A DNA stretch of 64,000 bases from Mizuhopecten yessoensis. Its lineage: Eukaryota. Shown here one piece after another: positions 51,664 to 64,000 of this stretch; within the stretch, counting starts at the first letter, position 1, and the number at the start of each line of letters is the position of its first letter. The stretch lies in assembly GCF_002113885.1 (NCBI RefSeq), contig NW_018404823.1:581878-645877 (forward strand). Reading direction: 5' to 3'. The notes under the pieces are model-generated. The model was not told the origin of the DNA. It searched no databases and was given only the letters and a program-made list of their open reading frames with translations. The position numbers and the translations under genes were made by a program.

Positions 51664-54072
51664 ACATTTGTTATGAAATCTTGAATTACTCTTTTGAATA
51701 AAGTATGTACTTGAGTTATTTTAATTTTTGATTAAGTATGCCAAAATTACTTTCATAGTGTAATAATTTAATTAAAGTCCCGTTCAATCAACTCAAAGCG
51801 TCGTTGATGAACGCTAAATCTAAAATGGTGTGTAGTGGGGAAGTTACAGAGTAGTTGTGTCACCACTTATCCTGATGATCAAATCTCAACACCACATATG
51901 TCAGTTATACTTAATCACTACCAGAAATGACCCTGGTTCTCTTATATTTTCTGCCAATTGCTTCGACCAACGTTGGACTGACGCCGTGTTTTATTTGACA
52001 CGAGTTTCAGCCGATCAAACAATTAGAACTGCCGACCTGCATAGTCTGCTCGAATCCTTAAAATGAAAGTTAACTGTGGAATTAAAATGTTGTGTTTCCC
52101 CCAGGGAATACTACCCCCATGATAGGTAACCGGTCTGATTATACTAGGCAGTAAAATGGGCTGACCAGGCTTTGACTATATGGGCAACTTGTAATTGTTC
52201 TCGTGTAGTTTGCTATCAGTGTTTTGATTGGTCAAATAAGCAATACTAATAATAATAATAAGTTCATAGAATAAATAATTTCCAATATTTTACTGGTAAA
52301 AATGTAATACAAACTCTTATTAAACATCGACTCATTCTAAATTTATCGCATCCCTATGTATTCGTTTATGGGAATATGCGTCCCATTGACATTGTTATCA
52401 AACAATTTAATCCGCGTAAGGAAAACATAACCTTTTGAAACAGCCTATAAATCCATGTTTACATCAGACGTGACGTCAGTAATTTCTTTCCAGCTGAAAG
52501 ACGGAATATGCGACGTCTGCCTGGAACCTTCTGTATTGAAATTCCTAGGGAGACACTTTTTGTAGCACTTCGTTCATAGTATACGCAGGAACAACTACAG
52601 TGTAACTTAAATAATCTCCATTTTTGAAGTACAACAAACATTACAGGTCATGCTGCGATTGTTATTAATGCTTCAAATGAAAATTAAAATGCCTGTATGC
52701 ACAAACTCGTCATTATGGCATAACGGCAGAAACGGATGCATTGTTTGTGTATTGGATACTATTCTAATTGTAATAAATGTCCTCATGTAATTTATACTTG
52801 TTTTCCTTTCCTTTGTTATATGAAACCAATCATAAACTGATAAATACCTACTGAACACATTTTGATGGCACACACCTTTAACATTTTGACACCTGTGCCT
52901 TTGCAAGTGAAAAATCTTTCTGATATATAATGGGTTGTAGTCAAAACTCGACATGCACTGAGTAGAAAAGAAGAATATTTCCTGCACAAAACTAATGAAA
53001 CAGGATGCCGAAAATCGCATAATTTAGCCAGAAGAAACGATCGAAATAGAAAAATATACCTCCAACCTTACCTGAGCTTTCTTTGTCCGAGATCAAGCAG
53101 CAATTGATATATGACCATCTAGTTTATTGTCTGCTGTAGCTACATTTATGGGCACGGAAATAATTGAATATTCATTCCTGTATCAGTTTTTACAGCATAT
53201 CAAGCTAAGTACAAAAAACGACACTACATGAATTGATTCATCTTAGATATCACATTTATTTGCATCAATTTTAAGTTTGAATCACTAAATTAATTACAGA
53301 TAATCTTATATATTGCACGATCAATCGGAACCAATCGTTGTCACCCATAGTACTATACAGAAAAATAAATGACAGTTATCAGGTTTATAGGCATTGTGTC
53401 AATTTTCATGTCCAGATTGATTTCCAAACATACGTCATACTTTTAAATGAAATAAAGAGGTGTCTGAAAAGAATGCAGTGATGTTCATTTCGCCACGTAA
53501 TATAGAGGCAGTCATGAACAGTAGTTTAAATGTTCGCCTGTCTTCAGGAGAGCATTAATCACCTTCTACACATTATCAATTTTTATGATGCATTTAGTAT
53601 TCTAAACTGTTTTCAATTCAGTTGTATTGATACACATTTCTTTTCTTATATTTTGTTCATTATCATTCGTTTTCCTAAATCATCAAAGATATACCAGATC
53701 ACTAACATGGAGCACATTAAAACTGGAAGTTTCTGCCTGCAAAATCCTTCATATCGTGCGATTCGATCACGGCTTCGGCAATCTCAACGTTAAGTTGTCT
53801 TCTTTAAAGACCTCTTTACTTTAAGTAAGTCGATAAGACTTGGGAAGATGCACTGCAGAGCGTACTTGACACTTGTAAAAATGCGTTGGTCAAACACATT
53901 CTATCTTAACACACATCTCAAGAACGTTCATGTTATAGTGCTCAGTCACAACGCCATAACAAAAATCGCCAGTTGATCTTCGGAGATCAATTGTACAGTT
54001 CGGTAATCCTTTTACTTTCAATGGATAAAGAAGAGACACGTTACACTTTGTCATCTTATAAAGTATACAGAG

Positions 54073-55839
54073 TCAAGTCTCTTCACCAGAATGATGGTCC
54101 TCTTCCTCAGGTACACGAGTTATCTTTTCTTCCATTTCGGCGTCAGAGACCTTCACACCTTTCTCGTAATATAATGGATAAACATCGTCAGAATCATGTG
54201 AAACCACTGACGCTGCGCGAGACGATGGTCTAGCATTAACGTCTGCAAACACAATTTCGCCGGAAGTTTATCTGGAAGCTTATAACCATCAGTAGAACCC
54301 GCGAAGAATGAAGGTTCCGGGTTTTGACTTTCCTTCGGAAACAGTGGGGGCGAAAAGAAGGTTTTATATTCTGGTTCCTTCATCATCACAACCCTTTTCG
54401 GGCTTACGAAAGACGGGGTCACGGGGTCAGCTGCCCGCCATTTTTGAAGGACAGCTCGTGCTTTTGCAGCGTCAGATTTATTTTCAGTAAATCCTAGCGA
54501 TTTTGATACTTTTCCACTGTTTATTTTAAAATTCAAATCTCTTACGTTTACAAAGAACATTTGAGATAGCTTCCTGCACTTGTCATAGTTCGTTGCTTGC
54601 CGTTTCAAACGAGCTTCTAAAAACGGCAGCTTTCGCTTTTTCTCGCGCTCCTTTTCGAACTCCTCATCCGGATCATTGAACTATTTGGGACTCGATGTCT
54701 GGCGATTTCACCTCTAGCGACTTTGTTTTGAATTTCTTCATACGACAGTTCTGGCAGATACTTTTTTAAAATCGATGCCACTACTATATTTTCATTCGAG
54801 ATTCTCAAAGTTCTTAATTGCGTGTCAGTCCGTGCGCGGTCCAGTGTTCGAATATGATATCGACTACAATCTCGACACGTCTGAGGCCCCATAATCTCGC
54901 AACATATCGGTGATGGTGATGCAGGGTTTATGGTATTATGCCTCTCTAATTCGCCAAAGTAGAAATCTCCCTCCTGTCTAGAAGACACTCGAGAAGGCAC
55001 CGGATCACTTCGGTTACTCTTTGGAGTCATACTTTCCCGTTGGACTGCGTGTATGTAACGACTGGCGCTAGTATTTGGACGACTTCGATTGTGTCCGTCC
55101 AACTGATTGCGGACACTCTGATGGGCAGCCACCACTGGTACTATTCAGAGTCAGCACCAAACAATTCTCATTTCACTTACTTAACATTAACCTCTAGCAC
55201 ACCAATTTAGCACACACTCAGCAATTTTATTATTTTGCACACATATTTATAACCCATACCACTCGCATATTTTTTAAAAGAAATCTTGGTGACTCTGTTT
55301 ATGTATTTTTTTACAGTATCTTAAGTAATTAAATACTTTATTTAAGTAAATTTGATAGAATTTTGACAATTAAACACACTTAGAATTCACACAAAACTCA
55401 AAAATTCTACACAAAACATGAATCATAAAAGGTTATCAGATATCTATATCAACTGATTAGCTATCAATTATACAGACTTACATATAGCACTTCTTGCTCC
55501 CTGGGATGCCGGCACTTTACAGGGAGAATATTTGGTGTAGGGGAGATGTAATGCTATAAACAGTTAATTATCTGAGTAAACACACAACCGAAACACATTA
55601 AATCAATAAACAAGATGTTGTTGAAGGTATATACATGTATTATCACAGGAATAACCATAAAACTACAATTCACTAAAAAATGAAATTTAAGTTGGATTTA
55701 GCCAAAAAAACTATATGTGACACATACACATACAGATACTCACATGTGCTACGTTTGTAACAGCTTGTTCTGCGGTGCTGAGGGGCTACTTGCTGTCCAT
55801 AGTCTTGTTGCGCACGGTATAACAGTTATGTAGAGACAT
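54073..55839 (-). CDS. Uncharacterized protein (~399 aa if three 1-bp gaps are repaired); exons 55839-55744, 55514-55482, 55140-54073
   Basis: AG/GT-flanked phase-1 exons join as ...CYKRST-LPASQGARSAI-LPVVAAHQ. ORFs 54617..55135 and 54153..54608 plus a third frame ending ...PEEEDHHSGEET* form one protein after single-base insertions. No domain recognised. Confidence 0.6.
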
Positions 55840-57537
55840 TCAACCTATGACAAAATGAAAATTTCAAAAATCATAAGACTCAACAAAAAACATGTTCAAA
55901 TCTGGAGGGTCTGAATATGAAACTATGACAGCACAACTTCATGCAGAAGCCAGCTAACAACTATCATACACTTGGAATGACCACATTTATTATACCGAAC
56001 AATGAATTGTTGTCTAATGCTGAATTGTGCTTTAAAATGTGTGAAAACTGTGTTATGTAACTTGTGCTAAATTCTGTGGTGTACTTTTACACATGGGGAT
56101 ATGCTGAAACAGGTTATTTAAGTTTCAATTTGAAACTTTTAAGAGATATTGAGCTTTTAAACTTGAGTTTAATCACTGCTTTCTTTTAAACATAGAAATA
56201 AATATAATTTGAATGAGGGAAGTGTCCTAATAATGACCGAGAAGAGGTGGTTGGACAGGGAGGGGGAGGGTGGGGTTGAACATTGTGCAGGACAGCACAC
56301 TATTTTTTTTGTTCTATGAAGATTTAGGTGTTAAAAGGTAGTACACAGATCATAATAGTACTATTGAAACACATGCAGATAAAGTATTTCAGTAAATTGA
56401 ACACAATCCTAATAAAAACCTGAGTATTAGGGTCAGGTTAACTATACTGGCTTTAGCACAGAGCCATATTTAGCCCAGATTTAACCCAATTATCAAGTTT
56501 TATCAAGTTAAATATATATTCACATACTGAACAAAATGTGCCGAGACCCAATAACAGTGTCTGTATTTAAAAAAAAAGTGTCTGGAAATATACAGAAAAT
56601 GTGTGAGAGGTCAGGTTCATTGAGCACATGGCTATTTCCCTTAGATCATTTACTATATATGGTATTACCAAACATTTTAGTTAATTACTTTAATATTTGA
56701 AGTTCAAAACTAGTGACAACTGTCTAGATTCATAAATACATACTTTGCAAAGACTACAAAATGTCTTTTTTGGTAGGTTAAGTGGCATATTGGAGTGTCA
56801 CAGCGCCAAGAAGTTGACAACCGGAAGTTTACACGCAAAACCGGTGACCCAAAACAGAAACACCCCCAGACATTTTGCCCCTGTGCAAATCCGCCCACAG
56901 TCATCGAAATATATTAAAAGTATATTTTTTTCAAAAGTTAAATACCTGAAAATTTCATTTATCTAAAAATCTGTCATCAGTTCCTTGTCAAACTCCTTCA
57001 GTGGCCCAGTAATTAGCCGGAACTTATTTCAGATATGAACTACAAACGTATGAAACACTTGCTGATTGGCTGATTTAGTTGTGCGAGTCCTTAAAAACGT
57101 AACATGTATATTTCCTTTAATTGTTCAACGTTTTTATTATAGTCGACACTTAGTCGACAATTATAGTAGTTGAACAATTTCCAATACGCTAGGTTTGCGA
57201 AAATCGGCAAAATCATGATAATTAGGCCTACGTACATGACGTGATTCGTAATACAAGGAGCCATAAGGAAGTATAAAAATAGGTAAATATTGCGATTTAA
57301 AAACTAAAAAGTAGAAGATTTTTTATTTTATTCAATCTTTTTCAACACATTTTATTGGACAAAAAAAATGCACAATTTGATAAGACAACAGGCTTAGCCT
57401 TTATAAGTCTTCTCCTATCCGGTATTAATTGACAAGAAGCATAAATTTAGTACATGGATCAACGAGACACATTCATGTACACTTACAACCATTCCATAAC
57501 ACACATACACCCTCACATACACATAATAAATAAGCAT

Positions 57538-57589
57538 TCACACACACACACACACACACGCACATACAAACACACACACACACACACAC
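57538..57589. repeat. (CA)n microsatellite
   Basis: Read directly from the sequence. Confidence 0.9.
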
Positions 57590-57599
57590 TTACTAAAAA

Positions 57600-59695
57600 T
57601 TAAAAAAATATATATAAAGATATACATATCGAAAAAATAAGATTAACGACTGACTAAAAAACTAGCTGCTTTCACCCTTCACAGCGTTCTTCAGGTTTAT
57701 TCAAAAGAAGAACTTCATGACGTCACAATTATGTCATCACACTGCAATAGTGACGTCACGTCACGAAGTACACAAGATTGGTGGACAATTTAGCGTAAAA
57801 TTTTACTGTGGCCTGTTGAGACTTGGTTTTAATATTTTGATTAGTTGGTCTTCTTTCGTTTCTCTTAAAAGAGTGGCTGATGAAAATAGTTGATACAAAG
57901 GTAATACATTAAATTTATCTCCAGCACATTCATGAATATGTTTGTTAACATGAAGATTTCATAAAGAATCAGTTTTAGTTTGTTGTCTATGTACAGTCAT
58001 ACGTGTTCTGAGTTCATTACCGGTTTGACCGATGTAAAAATCACCACATTTAGAACAAACTATTGCATAAATTGCATTTTTTGATTTACAATTCATATTT
58101 ACCTTCACAGTAAATTTCAAACCATTCTTGAAAATAAAAGTATTCCACTCGATAATCATAAAAAAATGTAGGACATGTAGCACATCTTGGTGTCTTACAT
58201 TTGGATACTTTTGGTGTTACACAAGAATTATCAAACTTAGAACATGTCAACATACGTTTCAAGTTCTTAGATTTGCGTCTACAATGTAAAATAGCATGTT
58301 TATTAAAAATGTTTCTCATACGCCTGCTACTTTCCTTTAACTCTTTGCATTTGTTCTTTATCACAGGAAACATATTACAATTCCGTGGATTGAAAGTAGA
58401 AACAAAAGGAACTAACTTTGATTCATCCTTTAATTTTTGTAGACGGGAAGTAAAGGGTCCCTTTTCAATAGCTTTCTGTATACCATGTTCTATTATCTCA
58501 GTAGGATAACATTGAGCTTTAAGGTATTGCTTTAGTTGACTGAGTCTAGCAATTTGAGCTTGTTGGTCACTGACGATAGTGACAATCCGTGAGGCAAGAA
58601 TAAAAGGAATAATAACTTTAGTGTGTTTACTGTGGTTAGAATAAAAAAATTAGATAATTATGTGCATCTGTAGCCTTACAATATAAAGCCGTTGTAATCT
58701 TATTTGAATCAAGTTGAACTAAAACATCTAAGAAAGGTAAAGACGTTTCGCTACACTCCATCGTATAACAAATAGAATGATGTAAAGAATTCAATAGGTT
58801 TTGAAATTCATTTAAATCCTTATCAGAAGGCCATATAACAAAACAATCGTCAAGGAACCTTAAAATATTATTTCTGATGAATTCAGTAAAGTTTTCCCCA
58901 AACTTTGTTTCAATCTTAGAATAAAGTGTTTCCTCTATGTATCCTAAAACTAAGGTTGCATATGCAGGGGCAACTTTAGTTCCCATTGCTGTACCCTTAA
59001 TCTGTTGGAAGTATTCTTGCTCAAAATAAAAATAATTACGATTGAGGACAATGTCTAGAGCTTGAAGTATAAATTCATTACTAAAACGAGAATTAACTTT
59101 TTCTCTTTTTTTGATCAACCAATATTTAACAGCTCCAATACCAAGATCATGCGGTATATTAGTGTATAAACTAACAACATCAAAAGAAACAAGTTTAGCA
59201 TTATGTGGGACCTGTTTAGATAAACGGCTCAGAAAATCAAAATCGTCTTTGATATAACTGTTTACACTTGTGCATAAAGGTTTAAGAATGACGTCTACAA
59301 GATGGCTCAAACGTTGCGTTGCACTATTAGGGCCGCCTACTGTGGGTCTAAACTTCAAATCTTTTTGAAAAAGAAATTTCAACTTCAATATATTTACAGT
59401 TCTGTTCTTCTATAGCTTTACTTAAAATAGAGCTTTTGTGTAGGCAAACCATAGAAATAACTAGTTTATGCATAAAATTGACAAGATAATCTATCTCCTT
59501 TTCATGTAGGCGTGCTTCATGTGTCCGTATTAGCTCGTTGATTAATCTTCGGGTTTCCGCATCGAAATCGTCACTTGCCGAAGTATAAAATTCAACATTA
59601 CTAAGCATGTTATGTATGCGTTCATAATAGAAATATCTATTCATGATCACTACTGCATTGCCTTTATCAGCCTCTTTGATAATAATAGAGGTATG
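57600..59695 (-). mobile_element. Penelope-like retroelement (RT + Cys linker + GIY-YIG; Neptune-like), 5'-truncated and frameshifted
   Basis: IIKEADKGNAVVIM, LVSFDVVSLYTNIPH, QIKGTAMGTKVAPAYA, RFLDDCF, LPFLDV, KCKTPRCATC and AIYAIVCSKCGDFYIGQT. The ORF ends ...KPSLNRPQ* at 57803. Confidence 0.92.
57659..57698 (-). ncRNA. Candidate minimal type I hammerhead ribozyme in the Penelope 3' terminal region
   Basis: The minus strand reads AAAC-CUGAAGA-ACGCU GUGA AGGGU-GAA-AGC A GCU-A/GUUU. It has the core boxes, stem II with a GNRA loop (one G.G mismatch), a short near-palindromic stem III and a 4-bp stem I. Confidence 0.65.
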
Positions 59696-61239
59696 TGTGT
59701 TATGGAATACATATATATACATATAAATAAATATAAGTATAAGAGGCAATGAAAACAGTCCTAATTTTAATTAAATCTGTTAGTAGCAGAAATGTATTGC
59801 TGAACTTTTGAGAGAATAAATAAATTATCATCAGTAGAAAGATAAACATTACTAGATGTAAGTAGATCCACAGATGAATATCCAAAACGATTAGTGATGT
59901 CAGTTATGAAATGTCTATAGCTAATATAAAGTGGACATAAGAAGAAATAATGTTCAGCATTTTCACAAGATGCGCCACATGAGCAAGATGGATCAACTAT
60001 CAAGTGATCATTGCATTTATAAAAATTTAAATTGCTAGCATTATTACGTAATTGACACAATACAATATTTAGGTTTTTTTTTGGATTACAGAAATGGTCC
60101 TGGGAGGTGTTTGAATTTTATTAATTTTCTTTTTGAAGGAATTGATAGTCCGAGAAGAAGTGATTGAATGATCGAGATTGTTCACTAGGCGCATGGCATC
60201 AGGAAAGAAACTACAGTTGTAGATACAAGTTCTAGAATGAGGAATGTTAAAACATATATTTGTCCTTAAATGGTGATTGACTTGTATATTAATATAAGGT
60301 TCAATGATTTCAAATAAATAATGAGGTGGTTGAGGATTTTATACATTAAGTGGTTGAGGATTTTATACATTAAGACAAATTGATGCTTATTCAGTCGATC
60401 TTTCAATTTTTCAAAACCTGTTTCATAGTATAATTTTTGATGAGATGTACCACTTTTAAGGCCAGTTAAAATTTTCATTGCTTCAATTTGAACGGATTTT
60501 ATTCAATCGCATTATATACCTCGTCAACGGTAAATCGGCTGATCTAATCTGCGTCATCGTGTGACATATTTCAACGAATGTTGCCTATTTTATATTAGTA
60601 TTACTCCTGCACGTGTTTTTTATGTTTCCTACAATTTTCCTCATACTTATATTCGCATATGAACCACCTTTTGGCTTGTTGAGAAAGGCTTGTTTTCTTT
60701 AGGACTATTTAATTTGATATTCGTCTCAAATCCACCTGACATTTGCTAAAGCGTTACCTGCACGCGGTTTCTATTCATGGTTTGCATTCGCAATAAGATA
60801 ACTAATATCTAAGGGCAAGGGTTAAATACAAGGGCGAATGATCAGAGTATTGAAGTCGCCCGAAGAAAAGTTTCTAACAAGTGATATGTATTGGAATATT
60901 CACTATCTGCATGAAAATAATTATTAATGATAATAAAATAACTGCACAAAATAAGGAAAATTTATCTTTAATCACTAGGGTGACGCACATTAGCATTTCC
61001 CATGCTGCTTGATTTAAACCATGGATAGTTATTTTCTTCCATGTGTATTTCCATTTTTTGTCATTGTACTTACGTCCAATGTTTACCAAATAATACCTGA
61101 AATCAAAATTATTCAAAATATCTGAACTATTAAGGCGATCATTTCCTATAAAATTATACCTAAACAGGACTTAGCATTAAGATAAGCGGTAATATAGATA
61201 TTCCGTTCGTTTTATAAAATGATCATGTCCATATTTCAG

Positions 61240-62275
61240 AAGGAAGACTACAATGCCGCGGATGCAGTTTTTGCTAGTGGTGTTGAAAGTCGAACACAGT
61301 CCACACCCGTACAACATTCCAAGTATACCGAGACCATGGATCAGATCCTGAACACCCCGGCAGCCCTCAGTGTTCTGTCAATGGGCTACAGCAAGGACAT
61401 GGTCTGTAAGGCCGTAGAGAGGTGTCTTCAATCAGGTACATACATCTCATTATAATACGATAACATTTATATTCACGCGAATGTGAAAATATAAATAATA
61501 AATCGAAGATATTTTCTCATTACTATCTCCTTCTTTTTCTGTTTTTCAGGGAATAAAGCTATTTTTTGTATCACAAGATTTGATATGGCATCAATACATA
61601 TAATAATCCCCATAATTGCAATAGTTTCAGTTACTGAACATAAGGAAATGTACGCTAATATGAAATTTGATATTTTTGCTATATAAATATTTCGTCGCAT
61701 AAACATAAAGATCCGCGACTATAGATTGAATATGAAAAAGATGAATTTATTTAAATATCCACATTTTTACAATTTTCATTGAAAACGTAGATTATATTTT
61801 TTTCCAGTTTAAGGTAAAATTGATGTCAAATTCTTATCATACAATATTCTAACTGTCACAGGGAAAACGAAACTATCTGCCACAGAAATAATGACGGTAA
61901 TAATAGATATGGAGGAGGAAGAGGAAATCGGGGAAAACCTGGAAACAGAAAACGTGCTAAGTGAGACAAAATGTGAAAATGTATCGGAAAAAGAATGTGA
62001 AATTGAACACGACAAACGTGAAAAAGAAATCGACTTTGTTAATCATCACATATCAGACTCAAAAATGTATTCCCAGTGTACAGAAGAACCATTATCGGGA
62101 CAAAATACTATTTATACATAGTAGCCTACTACAGTGTACACGTCATCAGAGCCGATCTCCAGCTATACATCAACAGGGGCTCATCGTCCTGTTTTAGATA
62201 ATTTTAAAGCGTTATCTTTACCGAAGGAGTTGACTCCATAGACAATCTCTTCTCCCGCACTCCGTCAAGTGGACG
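61240..62275 (+). pseudogene. Inhibitor-of-apoptosis (BIRC/IAP)-like gene fragment: UBA-region exons 61240-61436 and 61862-62275
   Basis: LNTPAALSVLSMGYSKDMVCKAVERCLQSG|KTKLSATEIMTVIIDME resembles the UBA region of invertebrate IAPs. The second exon has three in-frame TAGs (62119, 62122, 62239) before a gtaag donor. No BIR or RING exon is seen in the window. Confidence 0.6.
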
Positions 62276-64000
62276 GTAAGATATCCTATCTAAATAATAT
62301 TGGGACTAAGTGTGATGTTTATTACTGTAGAATCATTTATTTTCGTGGGGTTAAAATGTCGTGGTTTTCATATACTAAAATGATTAAGTTTACCAAACAT
62401 CGAAAGATTGCACATCGTGGCTGTGTTTATATATCGGGAATGCTTCTGGCTTCAGGAGAACACAAACTCTGTTTTTGTTCTTTAGACAACTTCAAAAAAA
62501 GTCTTCATAAATTCATTATCTGATAATGATTAACTAACCAGGTTTTTAAAGTGAGTAGTTACAATTCTTGTAAAGTTCAATAATTTAGCTCTGAAAATAC
62601 GTTTTTTTTAAGAATAAGCAAGTTAAAATGGCGGCTTTGATGTGCGAGGGTTATTTTTCATGACACATTAGAACACGAACTCCTTTTTAATTCACTATCC
62701 AACTTCAAACATATCTTCAGATATCAATTATTTGATAATATTTCTAACCAAGTCTCGCGGCGTTTCTAATTCCACTGCCTGAACAATACAATCATGCGTG
62801 TTTCTGCGTGAGTTGCCAATCTCTGTAATATACGTCCTTGTCTACCATTAGTTTCTCAAATACCCAAAACATTGGCAATAATATTTATTACACTAGTATG
62901 AAATGCCTACCCATCGCTGTGGTGGTAGAGACATTTCTGACGTGTCTGGTGTGTAGAGCATAAGTCTAAACTGCTCGATGTCAGTCAGAGAAATGAGTCG
63001 CTTCTTTCTACCTGGGTTGCATCAGCCAATCAGTATTAACCAATGACGTCACATTTGTAGTCCGCCAAAGTCTAAACAAACGCGAAATGTTCTTATGGAA
63101 TTTCGCGGAATTATGACAGTTAAAACAAAACAATAGCACATCGCTTATTGAAGCTACGAAGGATATATGTCTGAATCGAAGTTGACGAATCTCGCCATTT
63201 TGAACGGCATGTTCGAGTCACAGTCGTAGCTGAAGATAGATTTTGGAAATTTCTCTTACAATACGTATTTACGTCAAACTAACTCATGTATTGTAACATG
63301 GTTGAAATTTGCATATCAGTAGACAGTAAATTCGTAAACATTAACCCCTTCGTCGTGGAGCATTCGATCCGAATGACGTAATTAATTGGATATTTCCATA
63401 ATTCGTTGAAGCACGTGCATGCCTGTCAAGGTTATGTAATTGCCTTGAGAATGGATTGGTTCGAGATTCTTACTTCAGACGTTGAAAACCTCAAACTATA
63501 TATTATTCAATTTAAACAATCGTAATTTAATAACATACAGCAGATATGCGAAACGTTAGTATTTACATAATACTTATTTTCTGTTACATTTATCTATCTC
63601 ACTGTACTATCTACCAGAAGACAGTTCGTCCACATATTCAAATAAAGCTGGCGCATTGAATTCAATTATGTACAGTAACATATATCATTTTAACTATGAA
63701 TCTAGCCTTTATATTTACAGTACTGAGATTTTTAAAATAACATGGAGAGAAGGATGTTGCTAGAAGGATTATAGTCTGTTTCTGAGTAGTATTGGCAGTA
63801 TTTACCTGTATTTACCTGTGTTTTTACCTGTGGTTAACCCTTCTATCTAAGGTGGTGTCTAATGTGTATCTAAGCTGAAAGCTGATCATATTGATATAAT
63901 ACATCATATAAAAAATGTTAATTTAAAATATTTCAATATTAATGATATAAATTAATATATATATTGAATATATCCACATTCTGTAGTCCTTGTGCTACTG

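Larger units (their letters stand above)
57320..60505 (-). mobile_element. 5'-truncated CR1-type LINE (ORF2 C-terminus and 3' UTR), split by a Penelope insertion
   Basis: SVQIEAMKILTGLKSGTSHQKLYYETG... and the C-terminal Cys/His domain DPSCSCGASCENAEHYFFLCPLY...YISATNRFN* (59767). A LINE-like terminus ggagaagacttataaaggctaagcctgttgtc...caataaaatgtgttgaaaaa reappears at ~57320-57420. Confidence 0.7.

Overview
This is AT-rich, intron-rich animal DNA; the repeat families and gene content suggest a mollusc, probably a bivalve (inference). The main content is a tandem family of genes encoding a DZIP3/hRUL138-like HEPN ribonuclease domain followed by a long low-complexity tail. Two members can be assembled by eye as intact 10-coding-exon genes with consistent splice phases: gene B (9790-17442, 672 aa) and gene C (39584-49399, 712 aa). 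The window also holds the last three exons of a third member (gene A, ending at 1392), a damaged copy with no HEPN exon (gene D, about 30072-32418) and possible relic exons in a 2.5-kb tandem duplication. Both full genes keep the RxxxxH motif, carry an unusual internal duplication in the HEPN domain, and have tails with beta-TrCP-degron-like [D/S/T]GYx[S/T] motifs, a Cys-containing patch and PDZ-ligand-like C-termini. Mobile elements include a Ngaro/PAT-type tyrosine-recombinase retrotransposon with split direct repeats, a SAM-like gag N-terminus and an RT-core deletion. There is also a Penelope-like element with a candidate hammerhead ribozyme nested in a CR1-type LINE, a second Penelope relic, SINEs, MITEs and a 51-bp minisatellite. 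A minus-strand gene of unknown function has frameshifts that look like homopolymer assembly errors, and an IAP (UBA-region) pseudogene fragment lies near the end. All gene models are manual, without transcript or database support.
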